Part shown: in pieces, positions 38,400 through 50,349 of the stretch
How positions within the stretch are numbered: the stretch's first letter is position 1
How the letters are laid out: each line of letters starts with the position of its first letter
From: Ancylonema sp.
Taxonomy: Eukaryota
NCBI GenBank assembly: GCA_050230475.1
Contig: JBFLGF010000049.1
Span: 1 to 64,000 of the forward strand
DNA: 64,000 bases
Direction: 5' to 3'
Program-made: the position numbers and the translations under genes
Notes under the pieces: model-generated
Told to the model about the DNA's origin: nothing
Seen by the model: only the letters and a program-made list of their open reading frames with translations
Database searches by the model: none

Positions 38400-39000
38400 T
38401 CTTCCATAACTTCTCACAACGGAAAATTTTCGATCAAATAAAAATGCATCATGAATAAGGGCGGTGACCAGCTTTGTATCCTTACAATGTATCTATCTAT
38501 ACCAAATATTTACTAATCTCTGGCCGCAAGAGGGCCCAAGAAGGGCCCAAAATATCCAACAAGGAGCTTTTGTGTAGCCACACATCTCTCCCCTTCAACA
38601 AGTAAACAACATCGTTGCAGGTGCACACAATATGTACCAAACCAGGACTAATAAGGACCTTCCTCACGACTTCGTGTCGCTTAGCTTGAAGCCAATTTCG
38701 AATGACGCAGCTGCAACCGATGACATGGTGCCATCAACAAACTGAAGTGAACCACGCCGGCAGCACTGCAGCATGCCTGACATTCTGTAGGAATCACAGC
38801 TGAAAACTAGCCGTGAATGGTGTCCCAATTACCAAAAACTGGCCATACCTGAGATAGCGAAAAATCTGAAGACATCGCCAACTCTTTTGATTGACTTTAA
38901 AGCCTGGCGTTGAGGCCTGAATTGGACCAGACTCGCGTCATCTTCCAAAAGCTGCAGCCGAGAGCACATCGTCAACAAGTGCTTCCTCAACAAATGAAAC
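38400..39000 (-). pseudogene. Possible decayed C-terminus of a REL-type non-LTR retrotransposon
   Basis: A stop-interrupted minus frame gives HHVIGCSCVIRNWLQAKRHEVVRKVL..LLRPE, resembling the CCHC knuckle / RHxxV motif that precedes REL endonucleases. Weak. Confidence 0.3.
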
Positions 39001-39769
39001 AATTGACACTAGTGGTAAAATACTTATATAAAAAATGACCGTACACCTTTAAAAAAAAAACACTGTGAATCCTAGACACATGTCGCACCAACGGTCTCTG
39101 GACAGCTCAAACAACACTCCTCCGTTAAAGTCCAATGTTCTGTCAGAACCAGGGATGTGGGAGATCTTTACGATTTTCTCTCGCGCACTAAATTTAGATG
39201 AGCTCCCAGAGGACATATGCCGCACACGCGGTGTGAGAGAAACTTTACTAAAAATCTTTCGCACAATCAGTGATGCCATGGCAGCAAGATGTCAAAAAGC
39301 CAGAAAAGGAAAACTTAACTGAAGACTTGCGAACCGCTGGCATATTGCATATTGCCCAACTGCCGGCTGGCCAATCGCCGGCTGGCCGACCGCCGTTTCA
39401 GTAGACCTCCGTCCGACCGTAAAAACGCCGTCCGACCATCCAGCCGTCCCACCATCAGGCCGCCCGATCATCCAGCCGCCCCCACCGGCGGTCGACGGCT
39501 GGGAGGCGTCTTGGCGCTTGGAGGACGATTGACACCAAAGATATACCCGCCCGCGGGCGGGGATTTTTCCTCCCGGCTCCGTCTGCGGGCGAAACCGCTC
39601 GCGGGCGCCGCCCGACCGCCCGGCAGATTACCGGCAGATTGCCCCGGCCCCCGTCCGGAAAACGTGCCGTCCGGAAAACGGGCCCCGTCCCGGTGCAACT
39701 ACGCTAATATCAACAATAGTTTCATCTACATGAAACTTTTTTTTTTAAAAGAGTATCATAAAGAAAGAC

Positions 39770-40150
39770 GCATTTTATTAAAGCACGATGGGAACCCCAT
39801 CTGAGTACAACACCAACGTTATTGTACCAACCTAACGGAACAGAAGAAGGAAAACAACCCCACCCCTAAAACACTCGAGCAACAATCCTTAACTCTGCTG
39901 ACGACAATAACACCCGCGGAGTGGGGGGGGGTAACATAGCCATACCCTCTTCCAATCGCAACGTCCTAGCATGGATTGCATGTGCTAGAGAACGTTGTAA
40001 AGCAACATAAACTCTCTGCCGAAACCAAGTAACTAACAAACTAACATTCCGCCCCGAACGCCCATTCAGTTGCGCCGCACGGTGAGCACAATCCACCAAT
40101 AACCGATTGCTTGCATCGGAAAGCGCACCATAAGCGCATCATAAAACGTG
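39770..40150 (-). mobile_element. 5'-truncated CRE-like (REL) non-LTR retrotransposon 3' end, copy 1
   Basis: AYGALSDASNRLL..WFRQRVYVALQRSLAHAIHAR; homologous to 46620-47030, including the 3' UTR motif AGATGGGGTTCCCATCGTGCTTT. Confidence 0.65.
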
Positions 40151-43100
40151 TAGAAGCAATGCTTTTTTTAACTTGCTTTCTTGAAATTCCGGAATTCAGC
40201 GCGCCCGGAACGGGCGGCCGGGCGGCGCCCGCGGGCGGAGGCGGGCGGAAAAAACCCCGCCCGCGGGCGGGCAAATCTATGATTGTAACGGATGGACGGC
40301 GGTTGGAGAAAACCGGAAAAATGCCAAGAAAATATGGTGATAAATAAAAATTATTTATCACCATCATCATTATTTAATCATCCGATAATATCATTGTTAC
40401 TTGACAATTAGAGAAAGGCCACGAATAAAATGTCATTTTATTTTCCAACCGCCATCCAACCGCCATCAACCGCCGCATCCGCGGTTGGGCGGCGGTCGGG
40501 TGGCGGTTGGGTGGTATTTGGGCATTGGGTCACCCAATTTGGGTGGCGGCTATACTGGTTGAACGGCGATTGGAGGCGGTTGGTGGTTGGCCATCTGCCA
40601 ACCGCTAGGATTCTAACGGTCGGGGATCACCCTAGTCAAAAGCGAAAGATATCTCATAAGGGGTTGAGATTTCCGTACACGAAGGGTTGATATTTCCAAC
40701 TTGCTACTGTGCTCCCTCGTTGTAACTACCCTCATATTTGGAAGACCTCGATATAAGGGCAACTTTTTTATAGCAATCTAAAATTGCCCTCGACATGAGC
40801 ATCACGACACTCGATGTAAATATATATAGTGTATACAACGGTAGTTCTAACAAATAACGATACATGGAAAAATCGAGAATCATCTAGAACCCATGAATAT
40901 AGAGTCTATAATCTAGAGCCAAAATTGTCCATGTTGATCAAGTCCATTGTGTTCACACCGTGTCCGAAATAAGTACTCTATGTGAGTACTATGTTGCATC
41001 GAACGACTCTCAATGCTTCCCCAACTCTCAACGTGAATTTTACATGTCGTTTTTTTTTTGTTTTTTTTTATATCATTACACACTTGTTTAGTTTGTATAA
41101 AGGTTGCACAACACGCACAATACGCTGAGTTGTGATACGTTGAGTACGCGTATTGTGCTCCTAGGGTCTTAATACGCTAAATTACGCATAAAAATACGCT
41201 AAATTTTGAACTTGTATTGGATTTCGGTATGATATTGCAGGTGCGAATTTTGACGGAACACTTTCAACAAATCCAACACAAACACAAACACCCACTCTAT
41301 GACCTACTATCTCGCAAAAAATAGGCTATCATATTATACAACCAATGGGGGTGTGTTATATTAACTTTAGGAATTGCCAAGGCTATATTTTCGATACTTC
41401 TAAAATGATTCATGTTTCCGGCGTGACACACGTGGTGCCTAGGCATTTATGTATACCTTATAAATGGGGGGGGGGTAGGTGGGATTTGTTTTGATTGGCT
41501 AAAAACAACCCGGAAAAACCCTAAAAATACCTGGAAATACCCTGAAGTATCCAAAAACATCTTGAAAACCCCTTGAATACCCGAAAATGTCCTTTTAAAA
41601 AACCATACAATAGCCTATATTATTTATAACGTATCCTCACATAAATATTGGCGAATATTGGAGAAAACTTATCCTAAAAGAATAACGAAGAAAACATTAG
41701 AAAGGTCATCATGAACAAATATCGTACTAATTAATACTTGGTTTTAAACTAAAGAGACACCCAATTGTGTGCAACTTTGAAAAACTATGTACCAACGAAT
41801 ATTGGCGATGTCAATGTTGAAAACACATGATAGAGCGAGTCATTAGTAGTGACGCACCATAATGAGTCTCTAGCTATGCGTAAGAAAACGGTTCTTTACA
41901 AAGATGTTTGCGTGATATGAAGATGTTTGCGTGATGGTTGGGTGAAGCTTATGTTTGTATGATGCTTGAAATGTGACTCGTGATTTTCATTGTTGTGATG
42001 CGCTCGCTCGTCATGTTACCAATATTTAATGGATATTGCATATATATATATATATGTGTGAAATTGCATGGCATGCATATTATTTAAACATCTATATGTT
42101 TCCCACCCCAATTTCCTTCGAGGGATCCGCCCCTTGCTGTCGTCACATCTTTGATCGTGCTATAATTTCTTTTGTACATGTGAAATTGCAATTCGTGAAG
42201 GAGAGGAAGTGAGAGGCCTTCGTGATAATATTTGCACTCACGCTCTACGCATAAAATTATATTTTTAGGCGGTTGCAAAAAAATTGTGTGAGGAAATTGA
42301 TATACGATATATTAATAGATGAATACTATTTACTAAGAGAACAATGATGTAGAGGGGTTTTATTCCGAATAAAAAATCCCATAAAACCGTAGCGGCCAAA
42401 GATAATGCGCAAAACTAATTTCAATTATTATAAGTAGACTCCACATAGTTACGCTAACCAAATTTTATAAATTAGTACGCGCCAAAAGTTTGGGTCAGAC
42501 AAATTTTAAATAGTAAAAATGATTTAAAAAAAAGATGCGCCAAGTGTTTTCATCATAATTTTATATGAACTAATTCAACTTGCGCCACCCTACAGAGAGG
42601 CAAAAGGGAGCACTCAACCCTTTGGTTCTGAGCTCCTCGAACCCATCGACCTCCAAAAATGGGCGAAATACCTCTTTTCGTACACGAGCCCGGGGTTCCG
42701 CAACTCTGAGCCCGGGGCGTGGAGCTATTATTCATTAAAGGAACCTCGCGTCATAGTTATTCTGAAAATTAGATTTTCAAGATGAAATTAAAATTTCCGA
42801 TATTTTATATTGGTGCGCCAAATTGGAGCTTTCGCTCGGAACGTGGCCCTAGAGGCATTTTATAGTTTTCTTATAGGGGTCCAAGTGGAAACCATTCACC
42901 TTTATAACCCTTCACGGTTAACCTCGAGGTTTATATCCTGATTTAAGCCGCCTCCCAAAACCAGTGTTAATACCCTGAAGTTACGGGTCAACCCTCATAT
43001 ATCCTGATAACCCTAGGGTTAAGCATGGTTAATCAAGATTACTCGAGATCAATCAGGGTTAAGTAAGGTCATGTAAGGGCTACTTCGTTGCCAAGACGGT

Positions 43101-43838
43101 ATTTACGGGTATTTCACGGTCCTTTCGGGACTCGAACCTCTCTAAATCAATATTGTGATGGGCTTTGGTAGTTCGGATAGGCACTACCTTGATTGCCTTA
43201 GTCCGGTCAACGCTTGAATGCGGTTTCACATGTTGAGCACCATGTCCCTTTATCTAGATAATGGAGTCGGGTACACCACACCCGGCACCCAATCGCCTTT
43301 ATATAGGCACACGTCCGGTAACACCCGGCGTGTGTCACGTTTGTAGTCGTCGCAAAATTGGTTCTTGATTGTCAAAATGTATATAGGGAGGTGTCACGTC
43401 ACGACTGGTTAAATTGTGATGTGATAGTTTCGTCCGGCAATTGTGTCGATGAAGGTTATGTACTGTAGTCATTTGAGTGTGTGACGGTCAATGTATCCAA
43501 CCGTCCACATTGTATATGAATGTACGATCGTCGGGGTACACCGACCCGACGATAACACTTCATTTATAAGTAGTTCAAAAGACAATTTGTTGCATACGCT
43601 TGATCCATCGTGCGAAATGTATCGTTGCTGTGGATAGTACCAACCATGATGAATACTACAAGCTTATGTTCGAGCTTAATTCGCCACTAACGGACATGGT
43701 GTACTAAATATTAACTTGTGTAATCGTATGAAAATTCTCCCGCCCGATCTCTCGTTGACATACCGAAATTCGATATATGAAACTCTTCGCTAAAAGAAGT
43801 TAATTCTCAATATTATTTCCCCCCCCGCTAAAACTCCC

Positions 43839-44357
43839 CAGTGATGCACCGGGACGGCAAAAATGCATGCAAACGCCGTATTGCAAACGCATACGTACGG
43901 AATACGTGCGTAAGGCGAAAGTTGCAAACGGCGTTTGCAAAATGTTGGCATTTGCAAACCTTTGAATTCGCAAAACGTTTTGCGAACGTCGGCAACGTTT
44001 TTCTTCATTTTATCTGTAGTAAACTTTCGGTAATCAAAGTATGAAAGTTTGTAAGACTCGTCATCATTGGTTCATGACGTTCACTATTAAAATGTAACCA
44101 ATATTTTGTGAAATTTCCAAAAAGCTGAAAAAAAGACTAGAGGCAAACGTTTGCATCCGTACAATCCGTACACGTTTGCCGCATTTCACAAACGTATTTC
44201 AATCGCAAACGTTTGCATCCGTACAGTCCGTACACGTTTGCCGCATTACACGGACGTATTCCGGATGTTTGCGAGCAAATCCGTACGACGTTTGCAATTT
44301 CCAGGGACGGCAGATTGCTCTCGTACGGAATACGGGCCCCGTCCCGGTGCATCACTG
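43839..44357. mobile_element. Non-autonomous hAT element
   Basis: TIR CAGTGATGCACCGGGACGG; perfect 8-bp TSD AAACTCCC; internal ~62-bp tandem duplication at 44143-44250. A related end lies at ~39676-39700. Confidence 0.9.
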
Positions 44358-46619
44358 AAACTCCCCCGATATGAGCATAAGAAAATCTAACATAAGAAAC
44401 AAAAGTTTTCGATTTTTACTCCCGTAGCGGCCAGAGATAACGCGCAAAAAATCAATACTTTTTTGCATGGCGCACGCGTTTTTTGCGTTTTTTAATTCGT
44501 GGCGGATTCGCCCGCGCGGGGCGAGATTTTAGCGGCCGGCGTAAGAAAGCCCGGAAAGCCCGAAGCCCATGAATTACCGTAGCGGCCAACTTCCCCCACT
44601 AATTTATTATTTTAGGCTCCGGTGGGGTAAGGAAATTAATTCAATGTTTTTTATTTTCGGGTATAAAGTATCTTCGGTAATTCATATTTTGGGACTTGGG
44701 GAATTATCCTATTATTGTGGCATTATGGTGCCAATCCGGGTAATAACAGCGACAAACTCTCGATTACCGGGATTTTGCCATATAAGACAAATTTAATGTA
44801 CCAGTTTTTAGTACCTATCATCGTGTAATAAAAAAATGAAACCTTTGGTGGGTTGACAAGCACAACAACAACATAAAGAGGAGAATATAAGCCTAACAAT
44901 TCTTGATGCCACATGAAAAACGTTCGTTCGTTTGACAACAAAAGAACCTTCACAATCTCCGAGCATGTGCATCGTCATTTACACAATGCGAGGAACAATC
45001 TCAAAAACATATCTTATGTTCCCTTTGGCGTTGATTTTTACGGCACAATCTTAATGAGCTCAATACAAGTGAAAGTGACAACAAATGGAGTATGCCCCTG
45101 AGCCAAAGAGCCCACGAGTGGACCCCACGAGTCCCATAGATCGATTCCGGGGTCAAGAATCTGGACGCATTTCAATTTTCGATGCGCGGTTGTCATATAT
45201 TTCGGGCTTCAGTGACCTTTTTCTCATCTGTAGGAATTGCAACAGAAAGTACCCGCAACTCACGTGGACAAGAATAATATTGCCTCCCATCGTATTGAGG
45301 TAACACTAGGGAGCGCGATGGGGACTTTCTTCACGCAGGGACGACGAACTTGGTGTTTCTTGACAAGTGTAGAAGATGCTTCAACGTGCGTGTGTGCCAT
45401 GGACGAGTGATTGGATGTCACGAGGAGGGGGGAAAATGGAATGTCGATGGTATGGCGCTGACTTTGAACCGATGCCGACCTCTAAAATCGCAAAATATAT
45501 CGAGTGATGAATAAATTATTACTTCGGGTGGACATAAATACTGATTGTATGACAATGTTATAGAATAGTGTGCTGAGACATAGGTAGTGAGTGCCGCAAC
45601 CCAAAAATGTTTGAAATGAAAAACCGCTCTTCAGTTCTAGCCCTTCAGTGCAAGTTTGAGACCAATCGACGGCTACACACGCCAATCCATCTTGTAGAGA
45701 TGAGGGAGCTTATTGGTGACTCTACCATTGAATAAATAAATGTATTATTTCCATGATGCAGATTGTTTATAGATTATATCTGACAACTTGTTACTTAGCG
45801 GTACAACAAGGGTGCATGTCGTTGGGTGTTGTGTATACCATCAGACCATTCAAATATTAAGGAAGGATAGTATGTTTATTTGTCAGATATGACCAATGCA
45901 CGTCCTCGCACGCACGATGTAGCGTCCCACCTCCGATCGTCATACCCCTCCTAGGCACCGGAAGGGACATGTACCCCTGCAAGGGGTACAACAATTAAGA
46001 ATGCCATGGGAGGGAGGACCGGGGAATCCCGAGACCTGTACAAGTTATTTCCCCTAGGAACTTGGGAAATTGTGTTGGTGTGATTTCTTTTTGTCGAAAA
46101 GGTCGGAAGACCAAAATTGTAACACAAGGAATGCGGTGACCGATAAATTTTCTAATGGGACGTCCCATCAAGATCTTGAGAACCGCCTTAGATTCTATGC
46201 GCAATGGTTATTTTGTTGGGAAACTCTCCTAATTTAGTTTTTACGCGTGAATTTGGTATGAAAAAAATGCTGTGAGCCTAGAAAGGTTACCATGAAACGG
46301 CGATAAAAAAGCAGCTAGAGCTCCGAGGTAAATGTCGGGTAACCGACTTGCCACAAGACTAACCACCTGAGAACTTATTGGTCGCGTGAGTTGTGGGTAC
46401 CTTCTGTTGCAATTCCCATGGAAGAGAAAAAGGCCATTATTGTGTCCATTAAGGGTCCATAAATACAAAAATATCCGTTGCCGGGTTGGGGTATTGAGTC
46501 GTTGGGTTTATGTAAATAATGGTTAAAACTCGGCTGGTGGGCAACAACATTTTTTTTTTAAAGGTGGGGGAAGGGGGTGGGGGATGAATTAATATATTAT
46601 TGGGGGAAAGGAGAAGGAT

Positions 46620-47030
46620 TATAAAGGAAAGCACGATGGGAACCCCATCTCTGTACAACAAGGGAAACCAACATACCTAAAATACCTAGGAGGGCAATTA
46701 ATACAAAACTAAGGTTTCGCATATTCTAGGGGAACCAAGCTACCACACGTAACTCAACCCCCGTAAGCAACACGCTGGGAGAGGGGGGAGCAAGAAAGAC
46801 ATATCTTGCTCTAAACGCAATGTCCTAGCATGGGTAGCATGTGTTAAAGGTCGTTGCAAGGCAACTAAAACGCGTTGACGATACAAGGACACCAACAAAC
46901 TAGGCTGGTGCCCCGACCCGCCGCCCTTCTTCGCCACTCGATGGGCATACCCCACCATGAACCGGTCGCTAGCCTCCGAAAGGGCGCCGTACGTCTCCAG
47001 GGCAAAAGGGGACAAGGGTGGAAGATAAAA
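46620..47030 (-). mobile_element. 5'-truncated CRE-like non-LTR retrotransposon 3' end, copy 2
   Basis: PFALETYGALSEASDRF..YRQRVLVALQRPLTHATHAR matches the P-A-ET(F/Y)G..RQR-SVALQR pattern of CRE-clade REL ends as I recall it. Confidence 0.7.
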
Positions 47031-47466
47031 GTTGGCCGCTACGGGCCATGGCTGCGGGCCCAGAGGGGTTCGGGTCACCCGAACCCCAAATCGGGCGGGC
47101 TCCCCGATCCCCGATTTCCACTGGGAAGGCCGTACTCCAAGAGTTATGGGCTCTGGGCTCTGGGCTGCATAAGCCTCCAACTCGTCCGGCTTGGTTCGGG
47201 GCTTCCCGAACACCTACCTTCACGCTGTCACTTCCAGCTACGAGTTGACCTGGGAAGAAACGCGGCATCACACTACAGGCCGCGTGGGGCTGCACTGATG
47301 ACCTTGTATGGGTACCTCCCTACGGTCTGGCAGGTGATGCCACCCGATGGATTTCCATAAGTTTGGAACGCTAGTTGGCTTTTATCTCGCCAGGCCTGCA
47401 CTTTTGGCCATCCTAGTCCCTGTGTAGACCTTCAGATTAAATACTACTTCTAGAGCGACTGGGGAC

Positions 47467-49217
47467 ATGGAATCCTTGTCCTGCCAGAGCATTTCCCAGC
47501 GAGGATTTGTGGTTCGATCGTGTAGCATATCACGTATCACAGCAACATCAGTCAAATGTGTTGTGATTTGCGAATCTCCATCGCGCTGTTCTTTGTACAG
47601 TAGTAATCAATCATTTAAAACTCCTATATTTTCTCCTATCCAATGGTTACGGAAAGCTGAGCGCCATTGGCGCAGGAAGAGAGCAATCAGGGCGGTTGCG
47701 GAATCGCCGTACGATATCCTTGGAGTTTCAAAATCCGCAACAGAGTAAGACATCAAGAAGGCTTATAGGAAGCTTGCTCTCAAGTTCCATCCTGATGTGA
47801 ACAAAGAGGTAAGGATCGCCAGAAAAGGAAGGAGGGACTGCCGTATGAAATTGCATATCTTCAATTTTCGATATTTGAATAAGAAGATGAATGTAGTAGG
47901 ATGGGCGCTGCAGCATGCCTTTATTATTCAGGGTTTCTCAATTTCCTCCTTCGAACTGTATCATTACGTACGCTGTGGTTATTTGGTTCGTTTATCATTC
48001 TGACACCGTATAGACCGCACAGGATTGAAGTACATACGATCCGTATGTCCACATTCTTCCTTCCGTGCTGTGCAGGCCGATGCTCAGGCGAAATTCATTC
48101 GCATAAAACAAGCATATCAGATGCTTTCTGATGCTGGAAGTCGAAGCAAATATGATAGGGCCGGAACTGGGAGCACCAGCTCATGGGGAGAAGAATTTGA
48201 TCCCCTTGCATGGGCTAGCGGAGGAAAGCGAACAACACAGGAAGAATTTTATGGGCTAGGTAACAAGCATCTTAATTTTCATTGCTGTACATATCGCTAG
48301 TGCTTCTGTCAGATTTATTTCCCCCCCGGACTTTAGTATTTGACAAGACTAACATCGTCAGCTAAGAAGAGTCAGTGTGGATTTCGGTTTGGCAGGATAG
48401 TTTCTTGGTTCTATGCGGCAATCTCTTGGTGTGGTTACTTGAACTTGAAATAGTCGTTTTAAAAAACTCGAGTTATTGGCCAAGGTCTCTCTGTGGAGAG
48501 ATCTATGTTTACTGCAAAAGGTGCATGTGTACCTAGGATTGCTAGTATCCGCAACTACCGAAACCATCTGATTGATCATGTGTGTTTATGTGTTTTTTTC
48601 AGATTCTTTTTTCAAAGACTTGCAAAAGGATTTTGAGAAGAGACAAGAGAGGAGTAAGGGTGCACCAAAGAGTCTTTGGGAAGAACTGTCGGTAAGTTTC
48701 GACTACATGCATTGGGTAGTCATTGGAAAACTCGTTGGTCGTTCACGTAATGACACAATAGTTTCGATGCGAATCTACTAGGCTGGATGGGAGTGGATTT
48801 TGTTGGCACAAAGGAATATTGCATGGGCGAGGTCATGGGATGCCTCTCATACTAGACAGAGATGTGGACTTTGGTAGTTTTGATAGTTTTAATGCTCCTT
48901 TGTGGCAATCTTGGGCGAATTGTTGCAGTAGATTAGATGTTGTAATTGACTTCCTATCTTTAATGTGGCAGGAAATTGGCGGAGAGTTCGTTGAGTTCCT
49001 AGAATCTAGCTTACCCGAAGAGAGTGGACCAAAGAAAGAAGAAGGAAAAAATGTGCAACGTGAAGGCAAAGCAGTGCCAAGGGGAAACCAACAAAAGGGT
49101 ACGGATGCCAAGGCTGAACCGAAAGTCGAGGAAAAAAGTGGGACATCGGGTAAAAGCTTGGAGGACGAAATTGAGGACATGCTCTCCAACTTGAAGAAAG
49201 AGATTGGGAAATTGTAG
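47467..49217 (+). pseudogene. Plastid-type J-domain protein (DJC73-like) with one in-frame TAA: null allele, young pseudogene or base-call error
   Basis: Exons 47467-47808, 48076-48259, 48603-48691, 48972-49217 (861 nt, in frame): Ser/Arg-rich presequence, [78 protein letters not shown]. TAA at 47746-47748. Confidence 0.8.
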
Positions 49218-50349
49218 TTTTTATTGGTGCTCTTGTACATATTGATATTTGTCCCTCAAATAATTTGGTGTTTTAGTTCCTTGTAGAGCCGCTGTGTTTA
49301 TCAGTTCAATGTAAAATATTGAAGTGAGTAATACCTTCAGTAACATATCTGTGTTCGGATTTGTAACTGGTATTATTCATAGTTGTTCCCGTCTACCGGT
49401 ACCTCTCTTCGTTCCTTTTTCAAATACTTCAATTACAACTAAGGTCAAATTCTGCAAATGGTTGAATGACCACCTCACAACAAACTCTTCTTGGGCACCC
49501 ACAATTGAAATTCTACTTGCTCTGAGCCGATCATAAATGAATGGACGCTAATTGGGGTCGTTTAGGGCATATAAGAGGGGGTGGGGGTTGGGATGGGGTG
49601 GAGTGGTCATATCTTTTAGTTGATGTACCTGAAATACAATACATTTTTGAAATCGCGAGTGGAACAACAAGTTACGAAGTTGGGTCACCTTTTGGGGTAT
49701 TCGCTTCCTTAATGAAGTCCTATCCAAAGTTTCTTCTCAAAGTGTTATTGAGATTTGTGTACGTTGCACAATTCATAATTCGAGAACGTCTATTTTGGTG
49801 GCCCCCTTTGGTTAGTGACATGAATTCGATCAAGTAGTTTGAGCTTCCATGTTATGTGTGTTCGGGTGGTACCTAAAGTGACATCCGTCGAACTCATCGC
49901 AAACAACACTAAGCCAACAAGATAATGGGTGATTGCGCATTTTGGTAGTGTAGCACCATAAACCGTAAAAAAAGTATAGTTATGATCCGGGTATGCACCC
50001 GGATTTAAGACACGAACTCGACCCCTGTGCGAGAATCTATTCAATAGAAAGACTCCAATTCACTCTACACCTGGCGATATCTACCGAAATGCAAATCCAT
50101 AAGCGCATATATACACATAAACCTCATACGAAATTGTCCAAAGTAATAGCGTCTTCCTCCAGACACTGCAAGCTATTGCAAATCTACCTCACCTTGCCTC
50201 GCTTGATCTGAAACCCCTCATGCATTACTCCATCGAACTAAACAGCCCCCCTAAATTTCCTACACCATCCCGAACCTTCTTGGGTGAAACCAACAACAAA
50301 GCACCCCTTCCCACCACAACCCCCTCCCCCCCCCAAACTCTGCTTTTCC

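Noticed and set aside
44143..44250. CRISPR-like repeat/spacer array (also the TATAGTGAC repeats at 61810-62330)
   Set aside because: Only two units or irregular spacing, inside MITEs with TIRs and TSDs, in eukaryotic DNA with no cas genes.
45969..45991. Perfect hairpin TGTACCCCT-GCA-AGGGGTACA as a Helitron end or terminator
   Set aside because: No CTRR terminus just downstream and no second copy in the window, so it is unsupported.
47746..47748. Alternative genetic code (TAA/TAG = Gln, as in some ulvophytes)
   Set aside because: The DnaJ and cullin genes end in TAG exactly where homologs end, and several thousand other hand-spliced codons contain no in-frame TAA/TAG. One instance is better explained as a mutation or error.
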